A stretch of DNA of 64,000 nt from assembly GCA_035295865.1 (NCBI GenBank), contig DATGIH010000526.1, positions 14,066-78,065 on the forward strand, in the 5' to 3' direction. Of the stretch, positions 18,422-28,689 are shown piece by piece. The DNA comes from Bryobacteraceae bacterium (GTDB lineage: Bacteria > Acidobacteriota > Terriglobia > Bryobacterales > Bryobacteraceae). Position numbers and translations under genes: made by a program. The notes below the pieces were generated by a model, which was given only the letters and a program-made list of their open reading frames with translations, was not told the origin of the DNA and searched no databases. Numbering within the stretch: the first letter of the stretch is position 1; each line of letters opens with the position of its first letter.

Positions 18422-19648
18422 GTGAAACTGTGGACAATATTTCTGTCTTTGGCGCTGGCCTTCGCGCAAACTCCGCCGGCGCTCAAAACAGTGGTCGGCG
18501 AAATCACTTCGCTCGACGCCTCCGCCAAGCAGCTCAAAGTGAAGGCCGACGATGGCACAGCCTACACCATCGATCTGGGCGACAGCACGAATTATCTCCA
18601 CCTGCCGCCGGGCGAAAAAGATTTGAAGAAAGCTAGCAAGATCGCGCTCTCGGACATCGTCGTTGGCGACCGGCTGTTGGCGCGCGGGGCGTTTACGGAT
18701 GAAACGAAGTCGATCGCCGCGCGAACCGTGGTCATCATGACCAAGGCGGATGTGGCGAAGAAGCAGGAACAGGATCGCGCCGAATGGCAGAAGCGCGGTA
18801 TCGCCGGTACCGTCACGGCAGTGAATCCGGATGCCAAGGAATTCACCATTAATCCCCACGGCCGCGATGCCAAGGAAATAGTGGTTGAAACATCCGCAGC
18901 CTCGTTTCGCCGCTATGCTCCCGACTCGGTTCGTTTCGCGGATGCCAAACCGAGCGCGTTCGCCGATATTCATACGGGCGATAGCGTCCGGGCTTTGGGG
19001 ACGAAGAACGACGATGGCACGCGCTATAAAGCCGAAGAGATCGTCTCTGGTTCCTTCGACACGATTGCCGCGACAGTAGTTTCCGTGAATGCGGCAAATG
19101 GCGATGTGGTGGTGACGGATCTCAAGACCAAAAAGCCTGTCACGATCCACACGAATTCGAATACCATGCTGCGCAAGCTGGATGAGCGTATCGCTACGTT
19201 CCTGGCGATGCGCATGCGTCCCGGTGCTGCGGCGGGCGGCGCTCCTGGTGCGGGTGGCGGAGCAGGTACAGCGGGATCCGCGGCATCCCGGCCCGCGCAA
19301 GCCGGAGCACCGGGATCTGGCGATACTTCAGGTCGTCCGCCATTCGTTGGCGGCGGAGCGCCAGGAGCTGGCGCAGGGCCCGGGGGCGCTGGTGGCGGTT
19401 ACGGTGGCGGGGCCGCGCGTGGCGGCGATCTTCAGCAGTTGCTCGAACGTTCTCCTCAATTGGCGCTCGCCGATCTCAAAAAGGGCGATGCGCTGATCAT
19501 TTCCAGCTCGAAGAGCGCGGATGGCTCTTCGATGACTGCTTTTTCATTGGTGGCTGGTGTTGAGCCATTTCTCGCAGCAGCTCCCAGAACAGCCGGTCAG
19601 GTGGATCTGGGTTCGTGGAGCATCGGTGCGGGCATGCCGGAGCAATAA
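18422..19648 (+). CDS. Secreted repeat protein (DUF5666-like beta-barrel repeats) with Gly/Ala-rich low-complexity region
   Basis: The GTG at 18422 gives the signal peptide (M)KLWTIFLSLALAFAQ. An alternative TTG at 18311 overlaps the BON stop. Repeated G-x-[IV]-T-[AS]-[LV] barrel-like units (VVGEITSLDA, IAGTVTAVNP, IAATVVSVNA) are followed by a Gly/Ala/Pro tract. Confidence 0.6.
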   Translation: MKLWTIFLSLALAFAQTPPALKTVVGEITSLDASAKQLKVKADDGTAYTIDLGDSTNYLHLPPGEKDLKKASKIALSDIVVGDRLLARGAFTDETKSIAARTVVIMTKADVAKKQEQDRAEWQKRGIAGTVTAVNPDAKEFTINPHGRDAKEIVVETSAASFRRYAPDSVRFADAKPSAFADIHTGDSVRALGTKNDDGTRYKAEEIVSGSFDTIAATVVSVNAANGDVVVTDLKTKKPVTIHTNSNTMLRKLDERIATFLAMRMRPGAAAGGAPGAGGGAGTAGSAASRPAQAGAPGSGDTSGRPPFVGGGAPGAGAGPGGAGGGYGGGAARGGDLQQLLERSPQLALADLKKGDALIISSSKSADGSSMTAFSLVAGVEPFLAAAPRTAGQVDLGSWSIGAGMPEQ

Positions 19649-19684
19649 ACGCGGCATGCAAATTCAGTAATCACAGGAATCGGA

Positions 19685-22654
19685 ATGTTGAAAAAAATAA
19701 TCGCACTCTTGCTGCCTCTGACGTTTTCCTTGGCGCTCGAAGCCCAGCAACTCGGAATCTTGAAAGGCACCGTGATGGATGAATCCGGCGCGCTGGTTCC
19801 CGGCGCCAAGGTCACCGTTTCGAACGCGGCAGGCCCGGTGAAATCCGCCGTCGCTAGTGACGCTGGATCGTATTCCATCGCCGGGATCCCGGCCGGAAAG
19901 TACTCCGTACAGGTATCCTCCCCGGGATTGGTTCAGTTCCAGCCGGCCACGGTCGACATCGCGGCCGGTGGAACCGCGACACTCGACGTCAAGCTGCGCG
20001 TCAAGCTGGAGAACCAGGAAGTCACCGTGCAGGAAAATGTCGGGCCTACCGTCAGCACCGATCCCTCGCAGAATGCAGGCGCACTGGTACTGCGCGGCGC
20101 GGATCTCGATGCACTTTCAGACGATCCCGACGATCTACAATCCGATCTCGAAGCTCTCGCCGGACCCTCCGCCGGACCGAGCGGCGGCCAAATCTACATC
20201 GACGGTTTCACCGGCGGAACGCTGCCGTCGAAAGATTCGATCCGCGAAATCCGCATCAATCAGAATCCGTTTTCCCCCGAGTTCGACAAGCTCGGCTACG
20301 GCCGCATCGAGATTTTGACCAAGCCCGGCTCGGATAAATTCCACGGCAACGTGAACTTCAATTTTGGCGACGACGCGCTGAACTCACGCAATCCCTACGC
20401 CGCCGAAAAAGCGCCGCTATTGTTGAAAGATTTTCAGGGAACGCTCAGCGGGCCCATCAACAAGAAGGCGTCTTTCTTTCTCGATGTGTCGGATCGCGAT
20501 ATCAACAGTGGCACCGTAATCAACGCGGTGATCGCGGGTGATAATCCGGAAGGTTCGCCCTTTAATCAAGTTTTCAAAGCGCCGCAAAATCGGCTCCGCA
20601 TCAGCCCGCGAGTGGATTATCAGCTTAGCCAGAACAACACGCTGACTGTTCGTTATGGCTTCACGCGAAACGATGCCGAAGATCAAGGCATCGGAAACCT
20701 CAATCTGGTTTCGCGGGGCTACAAAAACTACGATACAGATCACACTTTGCAGATCGTCGAAACTGCCGTTCTGAGCAGCAAGGTGATTAATGAGACGCGG
20801 CTTCAATTTTACCACGTCAATTCCGAACAGACCGCCGACACTCTAGCGCCCGCAGTAACCGTTGCAGGCGCGGTCAACAAGGGCGGCGCTCAGATCGGAC
20901 ACACCATCGATACCCAGAATCACTACGAACTGCAGAACTACACTTCGATCGCAAGCGGCGCGCATAGCTGGAAATTTGGCGTGCGCGTGCGCGCGGTCAC
21001 CATTAACAATACTTCGCCCAGCAATTTCGGCGGATCGTTTCTTTTCACCGGCGGCTATGGTCCAATCTCCGCGGGAGACACTTGCGATCCAACGGATCCG
21101 GGCAGCGGATGTATCAACCTTACTTCCATTCAGCGATATCAGAACGCTTTGGCCGGGTTGCCGGGCGGAATCCCGTCGCAGTTAACCATCAGCACCGGAG
21201 TACCGCTGGTAAATATCAATCAGGTGGACACGGGCCTGTTCGTGGGCGACGATTGGCGCGTCAAGCCCAATCTCACGTTCAGCCTTGGTCTCCGCTACGA
21301 GACGCAAACCAATATTCACGATAACCACGATTTCGCGCCGCGCTTCGGATTCGCCTGGGCGCCGGGACAACGCAAGAACAATCCGCGTCCCAAAACGGTA
21401 ATACGCGGCGGCTTCGGAATGTTTTATGACCGCTTTAGCGAACAAAATGCTGAAATCGCGGAACGCTACAACTTCGCCGGCAGCCTGGTGCAACAATACA
21501 CGCTCACCAATCCGGCCCTCTTCCTGCCGAACGCAACGCCCGCTCAGCTTCTTGCGGAAGTAATGAGTGCTTCGGGAACAACTCCCGTCGCGCAGACCAC
21601 GTATGGAATCGCCAAGGATCTCAATGCTCCGTATTCTCTGCAATCGGCGATCACGGTGGAGCGTCAGCTTCCCAAGAACACCACGATCTCCGAATCTTTT
21701 CTGCATACCGCCGGCCGGCACGAACTTCGCGAGCAAGACATCAACGTACCTGGGCTGCCAACCTTCGACGCGAGCAAGCCAGGTCCTGTGCTGCTCATGG
21801 AATCCAATGGCATATTCAACCAAAATCAGTTGATCACCAACATCCGCACTCAGCCCACCAGCAGAATCTCGCTGAACGGGTTTTACATGTACGGGCACGC
21901 GAAGAGCAACACGGATGGCGTTGGAACCATCGCGGCCAGCCCGTACAGCATGGCGGGCGAATATGGACCATCGTCTTTGGATGTGCATCACAGGGCGTTC
22001 ATCGGCGGATCCATCACAACCAAGTGGGACTTCCGGCTCTCTCCGTTCATCGTGATTAATTCCGGCGCACCGTTCAACATCACCACTGGTACGGACCCGT
22101 TCGACACGACCCTCTACACCACGCGTCCGGGCTTGGTCACCGATCCCAGCCTGGTGCCGGATGGAACGAAACTCGTCACTTATGGATCTTTGCTGCTCGA
22201 TCCCAATCCCAAACCGAACGCACCCGGTGAAGTTGTGCTGCCACGGAATTTCGGCCGCAGTCCCGGATCGGTTACCGTCAACTTGCGGCTGGCGAAGACC
22301 TTCGGATTCGGTCCATCGCGCGAAAGCTCATTCAACCCCGGCGGCGGTGGTCCGGGAGGACCTCCAGGAGGCGGCGGCCATGGTGGCGGAGGCGGCGGGC
22401 ACGGTGGACCTCCCGGCGTAGGCATGGGTGGAATGGGCGGAATGTTCGGCAACCCCACCACCGGCAAGCGCTACAACTTGACCTTCTCGGTGAACGCGCG
22501 CAATCTGTTGAATCACGTGAATCCAGGTCCAATTAACGGCGTTCTCGGTACGCCGCTCTTCGGCGAATCCAATTCGTTAGGCGGCGGCTTCGGAGCCTTC
22601 TCGCAGAACGGCAACAATCGCCGTTTGGAATTGCAAGCTCGCTTCCAGTTTTAG
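19685..22654 (+). CDS. TonB-dependent receptor-like outer-membrane protein with N-terminal CarboxypepD_reg domain
   Basis: Signal peptide, then GTVMDESGALVPGAKVTV (carboxypeptidase-regulatory-like fold), a plug region, a long beta-barrel, and the C-terminal OMP signature ending ...LQARFQF. Confidence 0.85.
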   Translation: MLKKIIALLLPLTFSLALEAQQLGILKGTVMDESGALVPGAKVTVSNAAGPVKSAVASDAGSYSIAGIPAGKYSVQVSSPGLVQFQPATVDIAAGGTATLDVKLRVKLENQEVTVQENVGPTVSTDPSQNAGALVLRGADLDALSDDPDDLQSDLEALAGPSAGPSGGQIYIDGFTGGTLPSKDSIREIRINQNPFSPEFDKLGYGRIEILTKPGSDKFHGNVNFNFGDDALNSRNPYAAEKAPLLLKDFQGTLSGPINKKASFFLDVSDRDINSGTVINAVIAGDNPEGSPFNQVFKAPQNRLRISPRVDYQLSQNNTLTVRYGFTRNDAEDQGIGNLNLVSRGYKNYDTDHTLQIVETAVLSSKVINETRLQFYHVNSEQTADTLAPAVTVAGAVNKGGAQIGHTIDTQNHYELQNYTSIASGAHSWKFGVRVRAVTINNTSPSNFGGSFLFTGGYGPISAGDTCDPTDPGSGCINLTSIQRYQNALAGLPGGIPSQLTISTGVPLVNINQVDTGLFVGDDWRVKPNLTFSLGLRYETQTNIHDNHDFAPRFGFAWAPGQRKNNPRPKTVIRGGFGMFYDRFSEQNAEIAERYNFAGSLVQQYTLTNPALFLPNATPAQLLAEVMSASGTTPVAQTTYGIAKDLNAPYSLQSAITVERQLPKNTTISESFLHTAGRHELREQDINVPGLPTFDASKPGPVLLMESNGIFNQNQLITNIRTQPTSRISLNGFYMYGHAKSNTDGVGTIAASPYSMAGEYGPSSLDVHHRAFIGGSITTKWDFRLSPFIVINSGAPFNITTGTDPFDTTLYTTRPGLVTDPSLVPDGTKLVTYGSLLLDPNPKPNAPGEVVLPRNFGRSPGSVTVNLRLAKTFGFGPSRESSFNPGGGGPGGPPGGGGHGGGGGGHGGPPGVGMGGMGGMFGNPTTGKRYNLTFSVNARNLLNHVNPGPINGVLGTPLFGESNSLGGGFGAFSQNGNNRRLELQARFQF

Positions 22655-22655
22655 C

Positions 22656-22689
22656 CCGAACCGCGACCGCGAGGGAGCGCTACCACGGA
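22656..22689. repeat. Short dispersed repeat, copy 2
   Basis: Begins 2 nt after the receptor stop codon. Near-identical to 11168-11200. Confidence 0.6.
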
Positions 22690-22745
22690 AGTTTGAGGGC
22701 GCGCTACGGTAGTTTGCACGCGCTTGCCGGCGCGACCCTGCTAAG

Positions 22746-22928
22746 ATGAATCGAACCATGCCGATTAGCAAGGATTTGCTGGACATTCTGGTGTGTCCTT
22801 TGTGCAAGGCGACTGTGGAGTTGAAGCCCGATCAGAGCGGCTTGAAGTGCGTCCAATGCAAGCGCGTTTACCCCATTCGCGACGACATCCCAGTGATGCT
22901 GATCGACGAAGCCAAAATCGAAGAATAA
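22746..22928 (+). CDS. Trm112 family protein (YcaR-like)
   Basis: LLDILVCPLCK...LKCVQCKRVYPIRDDIPVMLIDEA is the classical Trm112/UPF0434 zinc-ribbon pattern. Confidence 0.88.
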   Translation: MNRTMPISKDLLDILVCPLCKATVELKPDQSGLKCVQCKRVYPIRDDIPVMLIDEAKIEE

Positions 22929-22944
22929 GCGCACGGCGATCCAG

Positions 22945-23856
22945 ATGAGTACCGTTTTGGAGCGCCTCGCCCCCGGCGCGCGAGTTGCCGTCATCCGGTT
23001 GCGCTCCCTGGGCGATTGCGTTCTCACCACTCCCGCAATCTCGCTTCTAAAGCAAACGCGGCCGGATTTGAAGATCGGCGTGGTGGTGGAGGACGCCTTC
23101 GTTCCCATCTTCCAGGGCAATCCGGATATCGAGACGCTGGTTGCTCCGAAAATTTCTCAAATCGCACGGTTCCGTCCGGATCTGGCTCTCAACCTGCACG
23201 GCGGATCCACCAGCGTTCGTCTCACCGTGGCTTCGATGGCCCGTCTGCGCGCCGGATTCCAACACTTTCGTTTCCAGCCGATTTACAACGTCCACATTCC
23301 TCGGGCGCAGGAGATTCTGAACGTAGACCGAAAGGTCCACACAGCGGAGCACCTGGCATCCGCAATGTTTTTCCTCGGTGTTCCTGCGGCGCCCATCCCG
23401 CGCGCGCGTCTATTTGCTCCCAAGCGGAGCCGGCCTGGAGCCTATGCGGCGCTGCACCCGATGGCATCCGCACCCGATAAAATCTGGCCGCACTCGAACT
23501 TCCTGGCCTTGGCGGACCACCTGAAGCACTCGCTCGGTCTCGAACCCATCTTCATTTCGGGACCCGGCGAAAGCTTGCAGGCATTCAGCCGATACACTTG
23601 CTTTGAAGGTGCATCGCTCGAAGAAATAAAGTCCTTGCTCGCTGGGGCCTCTCTGTTCGCCGGTAATGACAGCGGTCCCGCGCACATGGCAGCGGCTTTC
23701 GGACTCCCGGTGATCGTGTTTTTCGGCTCGTCCGATGCCGATGTCTGGCATCCGTGGCAGACAGAGTCGATGGTCTTAAAGTCGGCGGCAGGCATTCAGT
23801 CCATCGGAGTCGCGGAAGCCGTCCAGGCTGTCGAGAAAGTGTTCGTCCACCAATGA
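22945..23856 (+). CDS. Glycosyltransferase family 9 (LPS heptosyltransferase-like)
   Basis: RLRSLGDCVLTTPAI N-terminal motif and the C-terminal GNDSGPAHMAAAFGLPVIVFFG motif. Confidence 0.85.
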   Translation: MSTVLERLAPGARVAVIRLRSLGDCVLTTPAISLLKQTRPDLKIGVVVEDAFVPIFQGNPDIETLVAPKISQIARFRPDLALNLHGGSTSVRLTVASMARLRAGFQHFRFQPIYNVHIPRAQEILNVDRKVHTAEHLASAMFFLGVPAAPIPRARLFAPKRSRPGAYAALHPMASAPDKIWPHSNFLALADHLKHSLGLEPIFISGPGESLQAFSRYTCFEGASLEEIKSLLAGASLFAGNDSGPAHMAAAFGLPVIVFFGSSDADVWHPWQTESMVLKSAAGIQSIGVAEAVQAVEKVFVHQ

Positions 23857-25673
23857 CGCGGCTGCTCCGTTATGTCCGGCCCTATCTCGCTCCGCTGCTG
23901 CTTTCGGTTGTGCTGATGGCCGCAGTCGGCGCCGCTCAGGGTTTCATGGCGCTGCTCATCGGACCGATCTTCGATCGCGTTCTCAAGCCCGAAACGCCGG
24001 ATTCCCCGGTTCCACTATTTACGATTCCGCTTTTCAACCACAAGGTTTATCTCCAGCAGTTCGTCCCCGCATCCATACACAATGTCTGGACCATGGTCGC
24101 GATCGCAATTCTCGGCGTATTTCTGATCAAAGGGCTGTGCGATTACTTCGGCAACTATTTTGTGAACTACGTCGGATTCTCCGCCGTCACCGACCTGCGG
24201 CAAAAAGTTTTTGATCGCGTTTTACGTCAGGACGCGCACTTCTTTGAATCGAACTCCACCGGCCGGGTCATGTCATCCATCATGAACGATCTGGAAAAGA
24301 TTCAAGTGGCCACTTCGCATATGCTGGCGGATTGGCTCCGGCAATCTTTTTCGGTGATTTTCCTGCTCTGTGTGGTGCTGCAAAAAGATTGGAAGCTGGC
24401 CATCGCGAGTCTGACCGTTCTGCCGTTCGTTCTGGTTCCGACATTGCGCATCGGCCGCCGCATCCGGCGGACCACGCGGCGCGCGCAGGACGACGCCGGA
24501 GAGGTGAACCAGATTCTGCAGGAGACCCTCAGCGGGCATCAAGTAGTAAAGTCGTTCGGTACCGAAGACCTGGAATCCAATCGATTTTTAGTCGCCGCGA
24601 ACCGGCTCAAAGCCACCAATCTCCGCTATGTCGCGCTGCAGGCGCTCTCGTCGCCGCTCATCGAATTCTTTGCCGCAGTGACGATCGTAATTTTGCTGAC
24701 CTACGCCCGCATCCAGATCAAGAATCATGCACTCACGCCCGGCGAATTCACCAGCTTCGTCATCGCGTTGCTGATGCTGTACGAGCCCGTCAAGCGGCTC
24801 ACCGGAATCCACAACATTTTCCAGCAAGCGCTCGGTGCGTCGCAAAAGGTTTTTGAATATTTGGATCGCGATCAGCAGATCGTGGAGAAGCCGGGCGCCG
24901 CCAAGCTGGCCAAATTTCAGCAGTCCATCGTACTCGACGACATCAGCTTCAAATATCTCAATGCACCCAACGGATTCCAGTTGCGAGGGGTGAAGCTGGA
25001 AGTGCGGGCGGGTGAAGTGGTGGCGTTAGTGGGTCCGAGCGGCGCCGGAAAAACCACGCTCGCGAATTTGGTCCCGCGCTTTTACGATGTTACCGAGGGC
25101 GCCGTCCGGATCGATGGCAAAGACGTCCGCGATCTGCAGCTTGCTTCGCTGCGCGAAAAGATCGGCATGGTGGCGCAGGAAACGTTTCTCTTCAACGACA
25201 CGGTCGCGAACAACATTCGCTACGGAAAACCCAAAGCCAAGGACGATGAGATCCGCAACGCGGCGCGCAGCGCCATGGCCGAAGAATTTATCGAGCGGAT
25301 GTCGCAGGGATATGAGACGATGATCGGCGAGCGCGGCGTTAAGCTAAGCGGCGGGCAGAGGCAGCGGCTGGCGATCGCGCGCGCGTTGCTCAAGAATGCG
25401 CCGATCCTGATTCTGGACGAAGCCACGTCGCACCTGGATAGCGAATCCGAGATTCTGGTGCAGCGCGCGCTTCAGACTTTGATGAGTAACCGGACGGTGA
25501 TCGTGATCGCGCACCGCTTGTCCACCATCCGGCGCGCCGACAAGATCGTGGTCCTCGATCAAGGACGCATCTCCGAATTCGGAACGCATGAAGAGCTGGT
25601 CAACCACGGCGGAATCTACCAGCGATTGCATGAGTTGCAGTATCTGGAACCCGATCCGCTTGTGAATCCATGA
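23853..25673 (+). CDS. msbA: Lipid A/lipid export ABC transporter, fused permease-ATPase (MsbA-like)
   Basis: I place the start at the ATG at 23853 (MTRLLRYVRPY), which forms an ATGA overlap with the GT9 stop. Six-TM exporter domain, Walker A GPSGAGKTT, signature LSGGQRQR, Walker B ILILDEATS. Confidence 0.85.
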   Translation: MTRLLRYVRPYLAPLLLSVVLMAAVGAAQGFMALLIGPIFDRVLKPETPDSPVPLFTIPLFNHKVYLQQFVPASIHNVWTMVAIAILGVFLIKGLCDYFGNYFVNYVGFSAVTDLRQKVFDRVLRQDAHFFESNSTGRVMSSIMNDLEKIQVATSHMLADWLRQSFSVIFLLCVVLQKDWKLAIASLTVLPFVLVPTLRIGRRIRRTTRRAQDDAGEVNQILQETLSGHQVVKSFGTEDLESNRFLVAANRLKATNLRYVALQALSSPLIEFFAAVTIVILLTYARIQIKNHALTPGEFTSFVIALLMLYEPVKRLTGIHNIFQQALGASQKVFEYLDRDQQIVEKPGAAKLAKFQQSIVLDDISFKYLNAPNGFQLRGVKLEVRAGEVVALVGPSGAGKTTLANLVPRFYDVTEGAVRIDGKDVRDLQLASLREKIGMVAQETFLFNDTVANNIRYGKPKAKDDEIRNAARSAMAEEFIERMSQGYETMIGERGVKLSGGQRQRLAIARALLKNAPILILDEATSHLDSESEILVQRALQTLMSNRTVIVIAHRLSTIRRADKIVVLDQGRISEFGTHEELVNHGGIYQRLHELQYLEPDPLVNP

Positions 25674-26575
25674 GCGCTCCCATTCGCAGCATGACGGGGT
25701 TCGCCCGCGTCCAGCGCTCCGCGCCACAAGGCGAAATCACGGTGACGCTCAAGAGTGTCAATCACAAGGGCTTGGACCCGCATTTTCACCTTGCAGCGGA
25801 TCTGGATGCGTTCGAAAACTCGTTGCGCGGCGCGCTCAAGAAGTCCGTGCTGCGAGGGCATGTAGATATCCGCTGTTCGGTGATGCAGCCTGGAAACGAC
25901 TCCGCCGTGGGCGGTCTGAATACGCCGCTCATGCAGGCCTGTCTCGCGGCTTTCCATAAAATGGCCGCGCAAGAAGGCCTGGAGGACGCAAAGCCCGACT
26001 TAAACCAGCTCATGCGCCTTCCTGGAATGTTTGGCGCTCCCTTGGAAACGGCGCCCGATCCGGAAATCGAAAAGCCGCTCCTGGCCGTGTTCGAAGAGGC
26101 GCTCGCGACGCTCAACCAATTCCGTTCGCGCGAAGGCGCGGAGCTCGCCGCATTGATCCGGAATTACAACCGCTCCATCGGTGCTGGAGTCGCCGAGATG
26201 GCCGAAATCCGGTCGCGCGCCACGCCCGCTTTTCAAAGCAGGCTGGCCGAGCGTCTGGCCGAACTGCTCGCGAACACCGCGCTCGATCCCCAGCGGCTGG
26301 CCCAAGAAGCGGCGATTCTCGCCGATCGCAGTGATATCGGCGAAGAGATTTCCCGTCTGCAGATACATTCGCGCCAACTCGACGAAATCCTCGACGCTGG
26401 CGGCGAAGTTGGTAAAAAGCTGGATTTTCTGCTACAAGAGATGAATCGCGAAACAAACACGATCCTGTCTAAGACCAGCGGCATCGGCGAGCTCGGCCTG
26501 CGCATCACCGACGTTGCACTGGCTGCCAAAGCCGCAATCGAGAAAATCCGCGAACAGTCTTTGAACCTCGAATGA
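25670..26575 (+). CDS. yicC: YicC/YloC family protein
   Basis: N-terminal SMTGFARV...LKSVNHKGLD and C-terminal DFLLQEMNRETNTILSK blocks. ATGA overlap on both sides. Confidence 0.88.
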   Translation: MSAPIRSMTGFARVQRSAPQGEITVTLKSVNHKGLDPHFHLAADLDAFENSLRGALKKSVLRGHVDIRCSVMQPGNDSAVGGLNTPLMQACLAAFHKMAAQEGLEDAKPDLNQLMRLPGMFGAPLETAPDPEIEKPLLAVFEEALATLNQFRSREGAELAALIRNYNRSIGAGVAEMAEIRSRATPAFQSRLAERLAELLANTALDPQRLAQEAAILADRSDIGEEISRLQIHSRQLDEILDAGGEVGKKLDFLLQEMNRETNTILSKTSGIGELGLRITDVALAAKAAIEKIREQSLNLE

Positions 26576-27189
26576 TCTCCGTATTCATTATCTCCGCCCC
26601 TTCGGGTTCCGGAAAGTCGACTCTGGTTCACCGTCTTATGAAAACGGTTCCGGAGCTAACGTTTTCAATCTCTTACACGACACGCCAACCCCGCGCCGTG
26701 GAAACCAACGGCGTGGACTACGTTTTCATCAGCCGGGCGGAATTCGAGCAACGCCTGGAAAAACAAGAGTTTCTGGAACATGCCGAGGTTTTTGGTAATT
26801 ACTACGGCACGCACATCAGTACCTTCGAACAAGCGAGTCATCAGGGCCGCGACCTGGTACTCGACATCGACGTCCAGGGTGCGAGACAATTGAAGGTAGC
26901 GATTCCGGAAGCGATTAGCATCTTTGTGCTTCCACCGTCCCGGGAGGTTCTCGAGCAGCGGCTCCGCGCCCGGTCGCAGGATAGTGAAGAGACGATCAAG
27001 CGGCGCTTGAAAGGCGCGGCGGAGGAAGTTCGAAATTATACGCAGTACGATTACGTGCTGATTAACCGCGAAATCGACGAGGCTGCGGCGCGCCTGGTAT
27101 CCATTGTAAAGGCCGAGCGGTTGCGCAAGGCGCGGATGGAAGAAGAAGTCCGGCCGATTCTCGAGAGTTTTGGTTTTGAAAAGAATTGA
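26572..27189 (+). CDS. gmk: Guanylate kinase
   Basis: P-loop SAPSGSGKST, TTRQPR and GVDYVF motifs. Confidence 0.95.
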   Translation: MISVFIISAPSGSGKSTLVHRLMKTVPELTFSISYTTRQPRAVETNGVDYVFISRAEFEQRLEKQEFLEHAEVFGNYYGTHISTFEQASHQGRDLVLDIDVQGARQLKVAIPEAISIFVLPPSREVLEQRLRARSQDSEETIKRRLKGAAEEVRNYTQYDYVLINREIDEAAARLVSIVKAERLRKARMEEEVRPILESFGFEKN

Positions 27190-27200
27190 GGTAAAGATCG

Positions 27201-27443
27201 ATGGCTGAGAGATTGAGAAACAACGCGATGTACGCCATTCCGGACGATATCGAGCAAAGCACGTACCGGTTCATCATCGTAGCCGCCAAGCGCGCTCGGC
27301 AGTTGCAGAATGGCGCTCGTCCGTTCCTCCCAACCACATCCAAAAAGCCCACCGTCACTTCCATGGAGGAAGTCCGGCGCGGTCTGGTGAAGTATACGGA
27401 TACGGTGAAGGGGCAACCGCAGGAATTTGCACCAGCTGAATAA
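27201..27443 (+). CDS. rpoZ: DNA-directed RNA polymerase subunit omega
   Basis: STYRFIIVAAKRARQLQ core. 80 aa, immediately after gmk as in many bacteria. Confidence 0.9.
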   Translation: MAERLRNNAMYAIPDDIEQSTYRFIIVAAKRARQLQNGARPFLPTTSKKPTVTSMEEVRRGLVKYTDTVKGQPQEFAPAE

Positions 27444-27462
27444 GCCGAATTGGGCCGGAGGC

Positions 27463-28689
27463 ATGGGCGCTGACACCAGGAACGTTGTGCTGGGCGTGGG
27501 CGGCGGCATAGCTGCTTACAAATCCGCTGAACTGGCACGCGCACTGATGGAACGCGGCCTGCGTGTGCAGGTGGTCCTAACCGACGCCGCGCAGCGTTTT
27601 ATTACACCACTCACTTTCGCAGCGCTCACTGGACGTAAAGTAATTACCAGTCTGTTTGCGGCGGACAGCTCGGAAGCAACATTAGCCAGCTCGATCGAGC
27701 ACATTGCCGTAGCCCAAGAGAACGACTTTCTGGTGATCGCCCCGGCAACCGCCGATATCCTCGCCCGCCTGGCGCATGGCCACGCGGACGATTTTCTGAC
27801 CACCACATACCTCGCATTCACCGGACCTGTTGTGCTCGCGCCGGCCATGAACAGCAACATGTGGGCCCATCCGGCCACGCAGGAAAACCTAGCGATTTTG
27901 CGCAAGCGCGGGCATCGCATCGTCGAGCCGGAAGAAGGCATTCTCGCCTGCGGGATGACCGGCCCAGGCAGGCTAGCCGAACCGGATCGCATTGCTGACG
28001 TAGTCGCGACACTTGGGCTAGCTGCGAAAGATCTGGAAGGCGAAACCATACTCATCACCGCCGGACCCACGCAGGAGGCGCTCGATCCCGTGCGGTTCAT
28101 CTCCAACCGATCCAGCGGAAAAATGGGCTATGCGTTAGCCGAAGCGGCCGCGCAGCGCGGCGCTCATGTGATTCTGGTTTCCGGACCCGTGCACCTTCCC
28201 GCGCCTTCGGGCGTAACGTTGATCCGCGTGCATACCGCGGTCGAGATGCATGACGCGGTTCTCGAGCATCTTAAAGAATCGACCATCATCGTGAAATCCG
28301 CCGCGGTCGCCGATTACCATCTGTCTCAGGTGCCTCAGCACAAAGTGAAAAAGACCGCGATGCGGATGTCGCTGGAGCTCGATCCTACGCCCGATATCCT
28401 TGCCGAGCTTGGCAAAAAGAAGGGCGATCGCCTGTTAATCGGCTTCGCGGCCGAAACCGAGAACCTCACGGAAAGCGCGCGTGGAAAGCTCGTATCCAAG
28501 AACTGCGATATGGTGGTCGCAAATCTGGTTGGCCACGACGGCACCGGATTCGAGGCCGATGAAAACGAAGCGATCCTGGTGCTGAGCACGGGTGAGACCA
28601 TCGACTTGCCGCGCGCCCCCAAACGCGAAGTGGCGGACCGCATCTTCGATCAAGTAACGAAACTGCGCCTGGCCCTCCACGCCCGATGA
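27463..28689 (+). CDS. coaBC: Bifunctional phosphopantothenoylcysteine decarboxylase / phosphopantothenate-cysteine ligase
   Basis: Flavoprotein N-domain (VVLGVGGGIAAYK, PAMNSNMW) and CoaB C-domain (ITAGPTQEALDPVRFISNRSSGKMG). The start is uncertain: ATG at 27463 or TTG at 27427. Confidence 0.92.
   Translation: MGADTRNVVLGVGGGIAAYKSAELARALMERGLRVQVVLTDAAQRFITPLTFAALTGRKVITSLFAADSSEATLASSIEHIAVAQENDFLVIAPATADILARLAHGHADDFLTTTYLAFTGPVVLAPAMNSNMWAHPATQENLAILRKRGHRIVEPEEGILACGMTGPGRLAEPDRIADVVATLGLAAKDLEGETILITAGPTQEALDPVRFISNRSSGKMGYALAEAAAQRGAHVILVSGPVHLPAPSGVTLIRVHTAVEMHDAVLEHLKESTIIVKSAAVADYHLSQVPQHKVKKTAMRMSLELDPTPDILAELGKKKGDRLLIGFAAETENLTESARGKLVSKNCDMVVANLVGHDGTGFEADENEAILVLSTGETIDLPRAPKREVADRIFDQVTKLRLALHAR

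Noticed and set aside
22180-22467. 95-aa Pro-rich ORF antisense to the receptor gene
   Set aside because: It is the mirror image of the Gly-rich (GGN)n tract in the receptor, so it is a compositional artefact.
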